A stretch of DNA of 64,000 nucleotides from assembly GCA_009103225.1 (NCBI GenBank), contig RHPI01002402.1:901412-965411 (forward strand). The letters are read 5' to 3'. Positions 12,767-24,429 of the stretch are shown piece after piece. The DNA is from Chlorokybus atmophyticus (lineage: Eukaryota; Plantae; Mesostigma and Chlorokybus algae). A program made the position numbers and the translations under genes. Each line of letters starts with the position of its first letter. Positions within the stretch are counted from its first letter, which is position 1. The notes beneath the pieces were generated by a model. The model saw only the letters and a program-made list of their open reading frames with translations, had not been told where the DNA came from and did not search any database.

Positions 12767-14393
12767 GGTGGAGTCGCTCCTCGCTGACTCCTCACTGACT
12801 TGCACCCAACAAACTGTGAACAACTTCTCAGGCACAACTCTCGGGACGTAGCTTAAGCTTCGGAAGCTTGCTTGGCGTAAGCTGCTGATGCTCGTGCTGA
12901 TGCCTAAGCTCGTGCTGGTGGCGGCAAGCTTACGGTAGGCTAGTGGGCTCATGCTGGCATGCTGCATGCGTAGTGTGTTGTTTGGTCTCAGCAGGGCACC
13001 ACAGTTGAGGCCCTGCACATGCCATGCTGCCGTCCCTGCACAATGGCGTGGATGTGGTTTGCGCCATTGGACTGTCAATTGCATACACTGTCTCGCTTGC
13101 ATGTGAAGGGTAGAGTATGCACTTGCTGCCTTTGCTTACGTCAGTCCCACATCTAGTACAGGTACAGCTCTTGCCTTCCCCTCCCGCTGCTCTGGTCTCG
13201 CCAACACTTGCATTTGCACTTAGAGCCAGCCCCCCTGGCTGTAGTTGTAGTTGTGGTTATATAGTTGACTGCTGTTTGCTTGCGTGAATGTGATGGCTTG
13301 AATGCGGTGTGCTTGCTGCTGATTGGGGTCCCCTTGATTTTCCATATATGCCTTGCCTGCTGTGGCTCCTGCCCATCTTGCATTGCACATAGACAGTCCC
13401 CATAGCCGGCCCCTAAGGTGTTGTTATAGTGCAATGGTTGGGCGAGGAGGGGTTGGTTTTAGTTTCTTGCGTGTGTGCGCGACAGCGCTAACCTGTGTGC
13501 GCAAGCGCGTGTGTGCTCATGTGTGTGTACTAGTGCCTGCGTCCGCGTGCATGTCTGTGCATGTGCGCATGTGCGTGTGTGTGCGCATGTGCATGTATGT
13601 GCCCGTGCGTATACATGCGTGTGTGCGTTGTCTTTGCTGTCATCTGGCTGAACATACCTAGTGATTTACCTGATGCTACGGAATTGATACAGTGCGGTCA
13701 TTGCTAGGTGTAGAAATATGCAATGCTGTGCATTTGACGGTGTCATAGTCTGCTGTGGGCTGATGTTTCATGGTTGCCTGCGCTGGTCTCAAGCGCCTTG
13801 ACAGCACAACATGCAGTTTTGTACTGCAGCAACCATCACGGTGTACCATATCTAGCTAACCTGTCAGCTCGGTAATTGCAGCCCTCGCATCCAGTGTACG
13901 CGGAGCAGGTTGGGCCAGAAGTTGACACGTGATAAAGTGCATCGATTGTGCACACGCAAGTGCCTTCAGTGCAGCCAACAGTGCATGAATATGATACGAC
14001 AAGTCAACAGGCAAAGCAAGCGCAAATGCAAAGGGGCTGGCCCAATCTGCAACCCTAGCAAGCAACCCCAACATGTAGAAACAGCGTTACACGCTCCCCA
14101 CCACAATCACAGGCATGGAGATCACAATGACTTGACAGCGGTGGGTTGATAGGATGAAACTATTCAATTATACAACAAACGTACGCGTTTGACCAATCCG
14201 AGACTCATTGCAAGCAAACCCAGTGGCATATACACCCACTCGGTTTGCAGGCCAGCAACGAAATGTTGCCTATTATTGTCAATAATATACAGGCGCAGTC
14301 AACAGCCTGTTGTACCGCGCTACTAGGACAAGTATGTCAACAAGCGTGCTTACCACAACCCGCAGCAGGTTCTATCACTCTGGAACGGCTATC

Positions 14394-15883
14394 CTAAATC
14401 TCGTCCTCGTCTGCAAACTCGTCTATTGGTGGGTAATTACCGACCTGCAAGTGCAGCATGATGAGAGACCAGAGTGGTAAAACAACACAACACAACTATC
14501 AATGTATTACGGTCGCCATTCGTGTGGCCAGTATGACAGACTTTGTGCATGCAGGCAACAAACGGACAGCCCAATTGGTGAATATAACCTGCATTACCTT
14601 GACTTTATCAGGCCGTACCACGCTTCCATAGCCAGGTTGGCATTCAAAAAGCCTCACGCCCTTGACACTACATCCGCAAAGAGAGTTTGCCAAACAAGCC
14701 TCGTTGCTGACACATGCAATAACAATTCCATCATTTGGTTTTCTACGGACCTGCCATCGTTCTTGCCCACTGGTTCATCGTATGCTATACCGATCCAGTA
14801 ACCAGGCGCCAGGCTGTCAACCTTGCCAACAAAGCGCACTCCACCGCGTTTGGCACCTGGGTCAACTTCGCAACGCTGGCCAACCTGCGCAGGCATGCTA
14901 TTATCAGACCACTGCCAAGTACTACTGAGCGGCATGTGTACATGCCACTGCCGTGCACTTGAGAGTGAGGCATTTGATGATGGTAAAAGCCTACAGCGCC
15001 TGCGAACATTGACAGACGTTGACGTGATGTATAGCAGGCAATGGCCTGCAGCAAGCAAGCAATGCATGTGCCACCGTTGCGACCCTACAGAACTGTTGCA
15101 TGATTACCGTTTCAATTTCTCATGAAAGCAAACACGCGATGATCAGCTTGACAACCCACACGAGACAATGCACAAGAGATAAACCCTCACACACAACGAG
15201 AAGGTTCCTCATCACATGCCTTTCGACAATACTCTTGCTAGCATTGACACTGGCTCAGTTTACACAACACACAACAACGCAAGTACACTCTTCCTCCAAA
15301 GATGACACACCTGTATGTTGCCCGCAATGTCCGCCATGTACTCGGGGTCGGTGACCTTGGCGGCGGGCTCTTTGGGCACGTAGGGTTGTCCTCTGCGCTC
15401 GGCCATCTCTCGCTCCAGCGTCCACGTGGGGTCTTGAGCCAGCTTCTCCTGCTTGTACTTGCGGAAGCTATCTGCGCGGGCGTCGTAGGCGTCCTCCGAG
15501 ATGCGGTACTTTTCCACGAGGGTTAGGTCCTCCAGCTGCCTGTTGGCGGAGACGGAGTTGGGGTCCATGTCCTCCACGTGGAGGGTGTCGCCGTCCCTGG
15601 GTGAGTAGTAGCCGAGCGGGCGGTTGTCATCGGCCATGGGGTGAGGGTCCGGCTCCCCCCTGGCATTGAGCAACCACAGGCGCATGGAGGCGGCGGACGT
15701 CCCCGTGTGCGTGCGCAGCTTGTCCTTCACCGCCGCCACAGGCGACTGCAGGTCGAACCGCAGCTCCGTGAAGCGCTGCTTCAAGTTGGAATGCGTGACG
15801 TGAAGAAGAACAGTGCTCTCAGCCTTCGACTGGCTACCGTCCTGCATGACGTAAGACCGCAGCGCAGCCATCTCCGCCGCCAT
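14394..15883 (-). CDS. TBCB: Tubulin-folding cofactor B (ubiquitin-like plus CAP-Gly), 4 exons
   Basis: [20 protein letters not shown]...[25 protein letters not shown] in exon 1 (15311-15883). CAP-Gly VGQRCEV...RGGVRFVG...[17 protein letters not shown]|[24 protein letters not shown]|[19 protein letters not shown] at 14394-14396. Confidence 0.93.
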
Positions 15884-16451
15884 GGCGCCCACCACCACCA
15901 CCACCACCACCGCAACAACAACTGCCACACTGCTTTGCACACACTTGCGTTCCCGCCAACAAACTGAACAAGCCGGATCATCTGTGTCACTGAGCTCACT
16001 AAGTCGGCTCACTAATCCTATGATCCCAATACTAACGTCACACCGTGTGACGCTGGTTACCGTCACGCGTGCATTGCGCGTGACGCTGGTCGTGTAGCCA
16101 CGTGGCATGTAAACACTGACACAGGCGGACCGCCGCCGCCACCGCCGCTAGCCGCGGCCGCAGCCGCTGGCGACAGTGGCGGCGGCGGCGGCGGCGGTAG
16201 CGAGCTGGTTTTGGGGGCGGTGACACGCGGGTGCTAATGTGACTGGCGGGAGTGGTGGCGACCTGTTGAGGGCGGAGGTGGTGGGGACGGAGCAGGGCGG
16301 ACCAAGCTCCGCCCATTGGCGGCGGCGACGGTGGCAAGCACGAGGTATGTCGCCAGGTTGTGACTAGTAGAAGGGGTGGGGGAAAGATGATCCCAACTCA
16401 ATACGCAATGTCAGCTGTCTGTGCATGCACTTAGGGTTAGACGCAGTTGAT

Positions 16452-16489
16452 GGCAGTTGCACTGGCAGGCAACTGCCAGTGCAACTGCC
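16452..16489. repeat. Perfect inverted repeat, 17-bp stem with GCAA (GNRA) loop
   Basis: GGCAGTTGCACTGGCAG-gcaa-CTGCCAGTGCAACTGCC read directly. Confidence 0.9.
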
Positions 16490-17055
16490 TGTATCAAGCT
16501 TGACTTGACCATTCACACATTGACTCAACTAATTGTTTGCATGCAATGCAGCGCATGTTACAACTTGTAGCAGCGCGCGCGCACACAACACAACATAACA
16601 TTGAGACCCCACTTCAACATGCGCACAAGCACGCAGCAGCAACGCAAGCACACAACTGAGATTGCATGCAGCGGCATATTGAGCTTGCTTCCAGACAGGC
16701 AAGCAGCAACACACGCACAAGCACTCATGTCCAGTCACAGACACAACCAGGTCATGCATGCACGCACGCAAGCACGCGCACGTACGCATGCAGTCACTTG
16801 CGCGAGCGCAGTCACTGTCACAATCGCATGCGCGCACGCGCACACTCACCAACTTACTCACATACACACAGAGCTTACTCCCTCAGCAAACGCACGCACG
16901 CACATACGCACGCACACACAAGGAGCCGAGTGCATACGCACAGCTCAGTGCACGTCATGCAGGGTCCAAACTTGCTGGTGGGTCTTCAAGTACTCATGCA
17001 CTCATGCATGCATAGGTAGGGACTGGTGCACTTGACGGCTGCGTGGTCTTCAACC

Positions 17056-18730
17056 ATGGAGGTAGATGGCATGGTAGACCACTGGGACCGTGATCGTGAT
17101 GCCGATGAAGCTGCATCGCAGTATAAACACAGCCAGGGTAGACAGCAGGCGCCAGCAACACCTACCAGGTACATTGCTGACGAGAATGCGTCATGCGTGT
17201 GTGCGCACTTGTGCATGGCTTACATCAGCATTGTGTGTAACAGGTATGGTGAAGCGGATCATCAAGAACGCCAGCAGCGGGGCAGTGCAGAGCACGTACA
17301 TTACAACTTGGGGGCGAGTAACCAAGCGATGCAAGGTGGGTTCAGCGATAGACGGCCCACTCACCAGGAGGCAAGTAGCACACAAGTAGCAAATACAACC
17401 TGCCATGCACACGGTTGTGTCTCAGCCAACGTCTGAACAAGGTTGCTGCAGCGATCGATGTTTGCTTCAGTTCAGTGTGCATCTGCTCTGCTTCCAACTG
17501 CGGATGACACAGCAGCATCTATCATGCCTGCCTGGCTTGTTGTAAACAAGACTTCCTGTAGGTCTACTATACTGGTTTTCAGCCAGTACCCTGGCAACAA
17601 GCAGCATCTTTTGCTGTTGATCAGGTAAGTAGTTTACGGTTGTTGATACGCTATATTGTTGCAAGTTTTTGTAAGCACCACTGACAGGAAGCCTGAACTT
17701 GCAGAGTGGTTTTGCGAGTACTGTTAGCAATGGCAGCTATCCCACCCCTTCCCCACCCACAAGGCCCATAGCACCTGTACCTCGAAGGATCACAGCCCGG
17801 GCAGTGCACCACAGTTCTGCAGCTTCGCACGCTTCATCACCGCAGGATTTTGATGGTTCATCTCCAAGTTGGCAGCAGTTGGCTGCAGGGCGCCACAACA
17901 ACGGTGAGGCAGCACAGCACCTGTCTGTATCCCTCCTCCAGCAGCAAAGGGATGCCCAACATGCCCACACGCACAACTTCCACAACCCGTCCAACTTCAC
18001 CCCTCCCTCTGCTTATGTGGGTCCGTGGACGGTCGTGGCGCCGACGTGCGCGTACTACCCGGCAGATAGCCTCACGGTTCGACAAGCAGCGGACGATGAG
18101 GCTGTCGACATGGCTTCATGCGAACAACACTCACCAGCACACTTCAACAATGGTGTGATGCCGGGTGACCCGCCGGGTACTGTATTAGGCATGGTGCCCG
18201 GCATGTCCGCGCTAGCACTGGCGAACGCTGCACGCAAAGCTGCAATGGAAGCAGCAAGAAAAGCTAGAGCAAAAGCGGAAGGACACGGTGATGAGGTTGT
18301 TGTTGTAGAGGATGAGTCGGCTCCAGGCGTGGCAACGGAGCAGCTGTCAACCCATACAGCTGTCTGTGAAGCGTGCAAGCGCGCGAAGAAGACGCTGCGC
18401 TTCTGTAGAGTGGTGAGTTGCAACTTTGCTGTGCATGAAGCGGTGTGCCTGTTGACCAGGACAGAGGGCATGGGTGTATGCTGACTCAACAACTCTCACA
18501 GAATCGAAGTCATACGGCGCCAGGTTGGGACACGTTACATACGACGGGAAATGCTGTGGAGTTACCAGACGTGTGTCCCAAGTGTAAACGACAGAAGAAA
18601 GGTCGTGTTTACTGCCGCCAGGTATTTGCACAGGTCCAGTTCAGCAGAGTTGCCCTACTGTTGTACTATCTATCTATCTGTTTGCTGACTACTCCTCGGT
18701 ATGCAGATGCAACAGCATACAGAGGTGTGA
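17056..18730 (+). CDS. Hypothetical multi-exon protein: disordered N-terminal part and two C-x2-C-x9-C-x5-H motifs
   Basis: Open exons bounded by GT/AG (17056-17168, 17244-17335, 17705-18412, 18502-18621, 18707-). Spliced peptides CEACKRAKKTLRFCRV|NRSHT and CPKCKRQKKGRVYCRQ|MQQHT. Middle exons and the true 3' end are uncertain. Confidence 0.55.
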
Positions 18731-19377
18731 GCGATTTTGCAGCTTAGAGCTCAGCTTCGTATCAATTTTGCCGTCGCTGTCATTGACAGTTGCTAGGGGT
18801 GTAACGATTTGTCATACCCAAGGCACTTGCTTCTAACATGAGGGCTGTATATGCTCTTCTGTCACAGTTAGCGAGCCAGGGCAGTTTCAGATGTGGTACA
18901 GCCGCTACGTGTTCTGTCTCATGAGCAGTCAACAGCGTGGGTCTCGCAGTCAGGTCATGCTTGGCTTGCTCCAAGGCACATTAGCACACAGAGTTGTGCG
19001 GTGTCAGATTCAGGATTTTGTCTTGCACAAGCCATCTTACAGTAGATACAATACGTGGTTGTGACGTGCGCAAGAAACAATGATGTATCACAACAAAAAC
19101 ATGCGTAGCAGAGTCCTAATTCTGGCCCGCCATTATAGACCTGGCGATATGACGCGGCACTGGCATGCCGCGAGCGCGCGTGTGTGTGTTTTTTTTTGGG
19201 GGGGGGGGGGGGNNNNNNNNNNNNNNNNNNNNNNNNNNNNNNNNNGGGGGGAAGGGAATGGGGGGCAGCACTGACAGTCCATGTTTGCATCCCAGATGAT
19301 AGATGATGAAGATGATGATATAACATCAGCCATGCTGAGCAAGCCACAATCAGCACATGCATGTGGTCGCAGGCACG

Positions 19378-19779
19378 CCGCCGCCGCCGCCGCCGCCGCC
19401 TCCTCATACTCCTCCTGGTACTCCGCCTCCTAGTCGAACCCAGGTCCACTATGCCTGACATTCGCCGCGTCATTGACCTACTGCCCCTGTGTGCCATCAT
19501 CCGGCCATCAATGAAGATGTTTGGGTGAGTGCACGCTAACTCCATTAGGGCTGGTCGAGCAATGCTCCTGTCGTACCATGGATGGTACGACATAGCCATT
19601 GTACGCCAATGGCTGGGGTTGGACGAGAGATGCATATGTCGCACCGTGAATGTTACGCCCAAGCCATTCTTACCCTTGGTTGTACGAAGCATGGATGGTA
19701 CGAGTGCATAAGTCGTACCATCAACCATAGAAGACAGAAGATATGACCGCACTACACGTGCGACTCTAGTGCGGGACAC
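19378..19779 (-). other. Unassigned ORF segment of about 130 codons ending in a (CGG)n tract; possible orphan or TE-derived sequence
   Basis: Non-low-complexity reading frame (TKGKNGLGVTFTVRHMHLSSNPSHWRTMAMSYHPWYDRSIARPALMELACTHPNIFIDG) divergent from the 20-kb orphan. No family recognised. Confidence 0.25.
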
Positions 19780-20329
19780 CAGACGTTCAAAACCGCCTCA
19801 TTTTCGTTTTCGCGCCTCGTACACTTGGGCGGGCCAACTGGCGGCGGCAGCGTTAAATGCGGCAGCGCGACCATCAGCTAAGCAGGCGGCACCCGACTAT
19901 CAGTTAGAGAGATGCCTCGTGGTCCATCTGTAGGTGCACCTTGCCGTTGAAGTCGGCACCCCAAGTCCACATTGCCCCCAGTGAAAAACCAAACACCCGT
20001 CGCCAACCAGCAGCAGCCACTCTTGGCCAAGTAATCACAGCAAGATCCCGCGCTAATGCCCAGCCCATCACAACAACTTCACCTGACACCGCAGTCGCAA
20101 GGGCAAGCTGGAAGGTGCATGCAGTCTGAATGCACTGTGCACGTTGCTTCTTGCTCAACTTCAAATTTTGATGCTTGCATCTTTTATGACTAGCACAGTG
20201 ACTCACTGCATGCGTCCAAATACACTGTGCACGTTGCTTCTTGCTCAACTGTGAGGGTTGCATCTTTCATGGCTGGCAGCATGACTCACGTGGTTGTGCT
20301 TGCAAAGGGTCGATTGGACCCAACCTAGA

Positions 20330-21724
20330 CGCATTTGGCCGTAACGTAGCCACCTCGGCCGTCAGCAACCCTTCCCCAAGCAAGTGGAAGATTGGCAACG
20401 AGGTAAGCACTGTGTCACACTGTGACACTATGACACTATGTGAAGCGGATTGTTCTTCTGTGGACAGCATTTGAGAAATGCCGTCGTTGAAATCATAAAC
20501 GGCCACTGGTTGGATAGCCACATTTACCTCAAGGAAGACGCTATTTGTAGCGTCATGTGTCAGGTGCTGTAAATGCTTCATGACCTCATTGCACCGTGAC
20601 ACTAACCAAACCTGCCCGTGCTAGGTAGTTGGCTTTAACCATGATGACGAGGCCGATGCGGCCAAGTTATATGAGGTGTACTGAACGCCTAAGGAGTGCC
20701 CCTTCCACCGGAGTATCGCCTTGAAGAAAGCTACGCAGATCCGGTCTGAGCACGTCACCAAGATCAAGCATGTCCTTGAGAAGGAGTACAAGTGGACATT
20801 GTTTAACAACAACAGGCGCAAGCGTTGGGTCCCTTACCACCATGTCTGCTATGCAACAGTGCCTACTAACTCAGCCTCCATACACACGTACGCATCTCCT
20901 ATTGTAACCAATTTAATTAGGCATATCGACGCCCCAATGGACCTCAAGACCCAAAAAGCCCAGATGCGCAACGCGCTCCAAAGTAAGTCATAGGCACTAT
21001 TTTAGCCTTGTGCAGGGTCGACTTGAACTATCTATATCATGGCTAATGCCTTGTTGCTATGACTCTCGCAGACAAGTTATGGCGGAAATCTGAGGTGACC
21101 GACAATGCAGACCCGGAGCGGAGGAGATGCATCAATGAATGGGGTAATCCCATAATCTGGAAAATGCTCGTGCAATTCAGGTTACGCCGTCACTACACCT
21201 GGTCGCCGGCAGTTGACAGTAAACCACCTCGCATACCTGTTGCTTACGGTGAGCACTCTGAATGGAATCACTAGCAATTCAAGAGTGCTGTAGCCCCAGA
21301 TTACAGGCTTGCAGACGCGCTGCAGTAAATGGTGGCTTTTGATGCCACTAAGACATGCCTGTAAACTACGCAGGTGGAGCGCATCATCAAGGGCATCGAT
21401 AGAGACCCTCTCCTAGCTGCCAGCATCGACACACATGAAGAGTACCTCAGCGAAATTTACACCATGATCATGTTAGCGGGAAATGAGGCAACGGTACAGG
21501 CAGCCCTCCAGCCATTCACCCTTGTGAAACGCCGCACTGCATCTCGTGTCGAATACCTGAAAGATCCCAATCGGCGCCGGCCGCAAGAGATTACAGCTCG
21601 TAAACCGCTCGCTGAGGCAGAAGCAGCATTGGATTGGCTGGCGCAACCGTTCGAAGAGGAGGAAGAGCAAGCTTCGGCGTCTCATCTATGTTTGTTCCCC
21701 AGCGTGTGGTGCTTTGTTCCATGA
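20330..21724 (+). pseudogene. Multi-exon orphan gene with an in-frame stop (decayed gene or TE-borne gene)
   Basis: GT/AG-bounded exon-like blocks: ...SPSKWKIGNE|, HLRNAVVEIINGHWLDSHIYLKEDAI, VVGFNHDDEADAAKLYEVY*TPKECPFHRSIALKK...EKEYKWTLFNNNRRKRW (TGA 20682-20684), DKLWRKSEV..., VERIIKGIDRDPLLAASIDTHEEYLSEIYTMIMLAGNE. No known family recognised. Confidence 0.4.
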
Positions 21725-22164
21725 TGACGTGCAAGGCGATTATGGAGAGGAGATGTAGCGCAGTTGGTAGTCCGTTTAGCTGGTAGTGTCCACAGCTGCA
21801 AGACTCTTGTAACTTAGTGTTGTGCATTTCAAACCAGCTCAGTCAATCGTCATTATGCTCATGCACTCACCAACTTGCATCCCGATGATATACAACAAAA
21901 CAGCAGGCAACGCAAGTCACATAATTGAACTACAAGCCTTGGCAAGTGACTGAGAGACACTGTACACAGCTCAGGTACTTGTATACAGCACAGGCACGTA
22001 ACGATGCTGGCAGTCACTGACAGTCGCGTGTAGTCATGCTATGCAAATACATATTACGACAGTTAGGCATTTGTCACCTTCAGTTGCTTGAAAGGTGCCT
22101 TATCTTGTCGGCAATTACTCGTTCGGTGCTTGTGAATTAAGCTCAGTCGTCTGCGCCGGACTGG

Positions 22165-22429
22165 TGTGTAACCTGCAGGTGCCTGTCACATAGGCTGAGT
22201 CATCGAAGTTAGACTGATGTGTAACTTGCAGGTGCCCGTTGATTGGGTATTGTCACCTGTTAAGGCCTAATAAGTAACTAACAGGTGCCCGTAAATTAGA
22301 ATTAGTCACCTGTTAAGGCCTGATATGTAACTTATATGTGCCCGCTAATTGGGTCTAGTTATCTGTTAATGCCTATCAAGTAATTAACAGGTGCCTGCTA
22401 ATTAGACATAATCAACCTTTAAAGATTGA
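22165..22429. repeat. Tandem array of 5 x 53-bp units, each with an internal inverted repeat
   Basis: Unit starts at 22165, 22218, 22271, 22324 and 22377. Consensus TAAC(A/T)..CAGGTGCCCG..AATT.G...T.GTCACCTGTTAAGGCCT.A. Unit 3 has a perfect TAACAGGTG/CACCTGTTA stem. Confidence 0.88.
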
Positions 22430-22917
22430 ATTGTAACGGGAAGGGCCTGATAGTAACGGAAGTTGTACTCAGGCTCGTGCATCGAGATTACAAATGGACT
22501 GAGCCACGACAGCCTCAATAAGTATCTTCATGTGCACGGCCGTTGCCAATATTTAGTCGACCGGCAGGGGAAACAGTTTGCGACGACCCAGGCACCGACA
22601 TATCTAAGCAAGCCAAGCTGGGTTTTGTGGTTTCGCAATGCATACGCTTTTTGAGTTTGAGTACAGGTCTCAATTTGTTCGTGACATGTCGGACCTGCTG
22701 TTGACAACAGCGATGTCGTCGTGCACTTGGCGCTGGCTCCAACCTCTACCTCAGCTTTCTCCCTGCGATCTTCAGGTGGTTGATTGTTGAGTCTTGCCAA
22801 GCCTGCTGCTGCCTACTCCCACGTCTTTGAGGGTTTCACTTATTCTGAGGTCTGGTTGTACTGGTCTACAGGCTAATAGCTCTTGGCCCCCGCTTAATCT
22901 ACCTTGTACTTGCTGCT

Positions 22918-22918
<1 letters not shown>

Positions 22919-22952
<34 letters not shown>
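22919..22952. repeat. (GT)17 microsatellite
   Basis: Read directly. Confidence 0.95.
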
Positions 22953-22954
<2 letters not shown>

Positions 22955-24429
22955 AAGCATCTGCAATTCTGGCCCCTCCCGTTCAGCTTCAGCACGCTTG
23001 TAAATCAGCTCTTATGCGAGTTAAGTTTAATAATAGCGTTAACAAGTTTATATGCTAAAAATCTTTTATTATGGGCTACTCATGCATTGTGAACAATATA
23101 TAAAAACTGCGATTGGCTGCATTATTAGTAGGTAATATAAAACACATCAAAGGGTTAACTTCATTATTTATGCGTTTGACATACTGTGACCTACAAATTT
23201 GGTACGTGATTGTTTTCGGTTACTTCTATTGCATAACATAAAAGCTTTTGCAATATGAGAGTCATTATGCATAATACTTATGATGAGTGCGCCTACTACT
23301 AGTCGGCAAGACTTGAATGTTATGTAAGTCTCGTAGATGCATAAGTCGATGTTAATTCATCAAATAAGTATATTAAACAAATCCCCGACTGCTTCTCGCG
23401 TATACATTGTAAGTGGATGATATTAAGCACCACAACACGTTAGTCAGATGTGTATGCGCTCACCACAATGCGATGCGTGAAGCACATATATATGTAAGTG
23501 ATGCGAATGGCATAGGCATGCTTACAGCGTATGCATTACGCCTTCGGCGCTTGTCCCATGTGTAATCGCTGATCAATGCATTTCACGAGGTGTGTAACCG
23601 AATGCAATCGTATACAACTCAATTTGTACATCGACATGAAGGGACTTGTTTGTTACAAGCTGAATTGTACCAGTATTCAATTTGGGCAAGCTGCATGCAG
23701 GCTGCTTGTCACTAACATTGTGACCTTTTTGACCTCCTTGAAGGACGCCGGCTGCGTGCCTAGGCGGCCCTCCGCGTATTCGAGACGGTTCTTGCTTGTT
23801 GTACATCATTGTTCCAGGACGTGCAATGCCGAACCTGCATTGGAAAGCGTGCAACTTAACCAGTCATTGCCAGGTGGTGCCACTAGTCATTGACCACCCG
23901 GCTCGGCTGTGCTCCAGGACTAATTGAGCCTCTTCCAGGACTGAGCAGCCGTGAGAAACCTTTGCGTTAGAGGAGCTCTGCTATGGGACCAACTCCGTGA
24001 TTGGTCGTGATGGCTTGTGTCTGGATAGGGATGCGTCGGAGGGCCGCCCGCTATGAGACAGCGCGGTGCGGACCCATGCAGATGCCCGCACAAGGGCATC
24101 GCCATCGCACGGTGCGGCGCTGAACGGACAACGCGCGGCCCGTGTCAGCAAGCGTTAGCCTAACCGCGGTCGGACATCAAATTACAGTTTCCTCCCTTCC
24201 AAACCAGAAGAACTGAATCCAGGTGGATGGGTAAGTGATTCATACCCTCTCGCAGTGAACTAAGCTGGCTGTGAGGAAGAACCGAGCGAATTGGTTAGGA
24301 GGGAGTTTGTGCTAACTGAGTTGGTCTGCAGCAGGGGATTGTAGCCGTGCATGCAGACGGCGAGGTCGGTAGCAGCGTTGGCGGTGCAGGCGGTGTCGGC
24401 GAGGACGTCAGCGAAGGGCGCGGGTTGCA

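Noticed and set aside
13440-13640. TG/CA-rich ORFs (also 16530-17030, 38050-38550, 41430-41800)
   Set aside because: Low-complexity GT/GCAC-rich noncoding DNA that yields spurious His/Thr/Cys/Val-rich frames.
20682-20684. In-frame TGA as selenocysteine
   Set aside because: No Cys/Sec redox motif context and no SECIS recognised; a Trp-to-stop decay is simpler.
22165-22429. Palindromic array as a CRISPR array
   Set aside because: The inter-stem segments are related to each other rather than unique spacers, no cas genes are present, and the context is eukaryotic.
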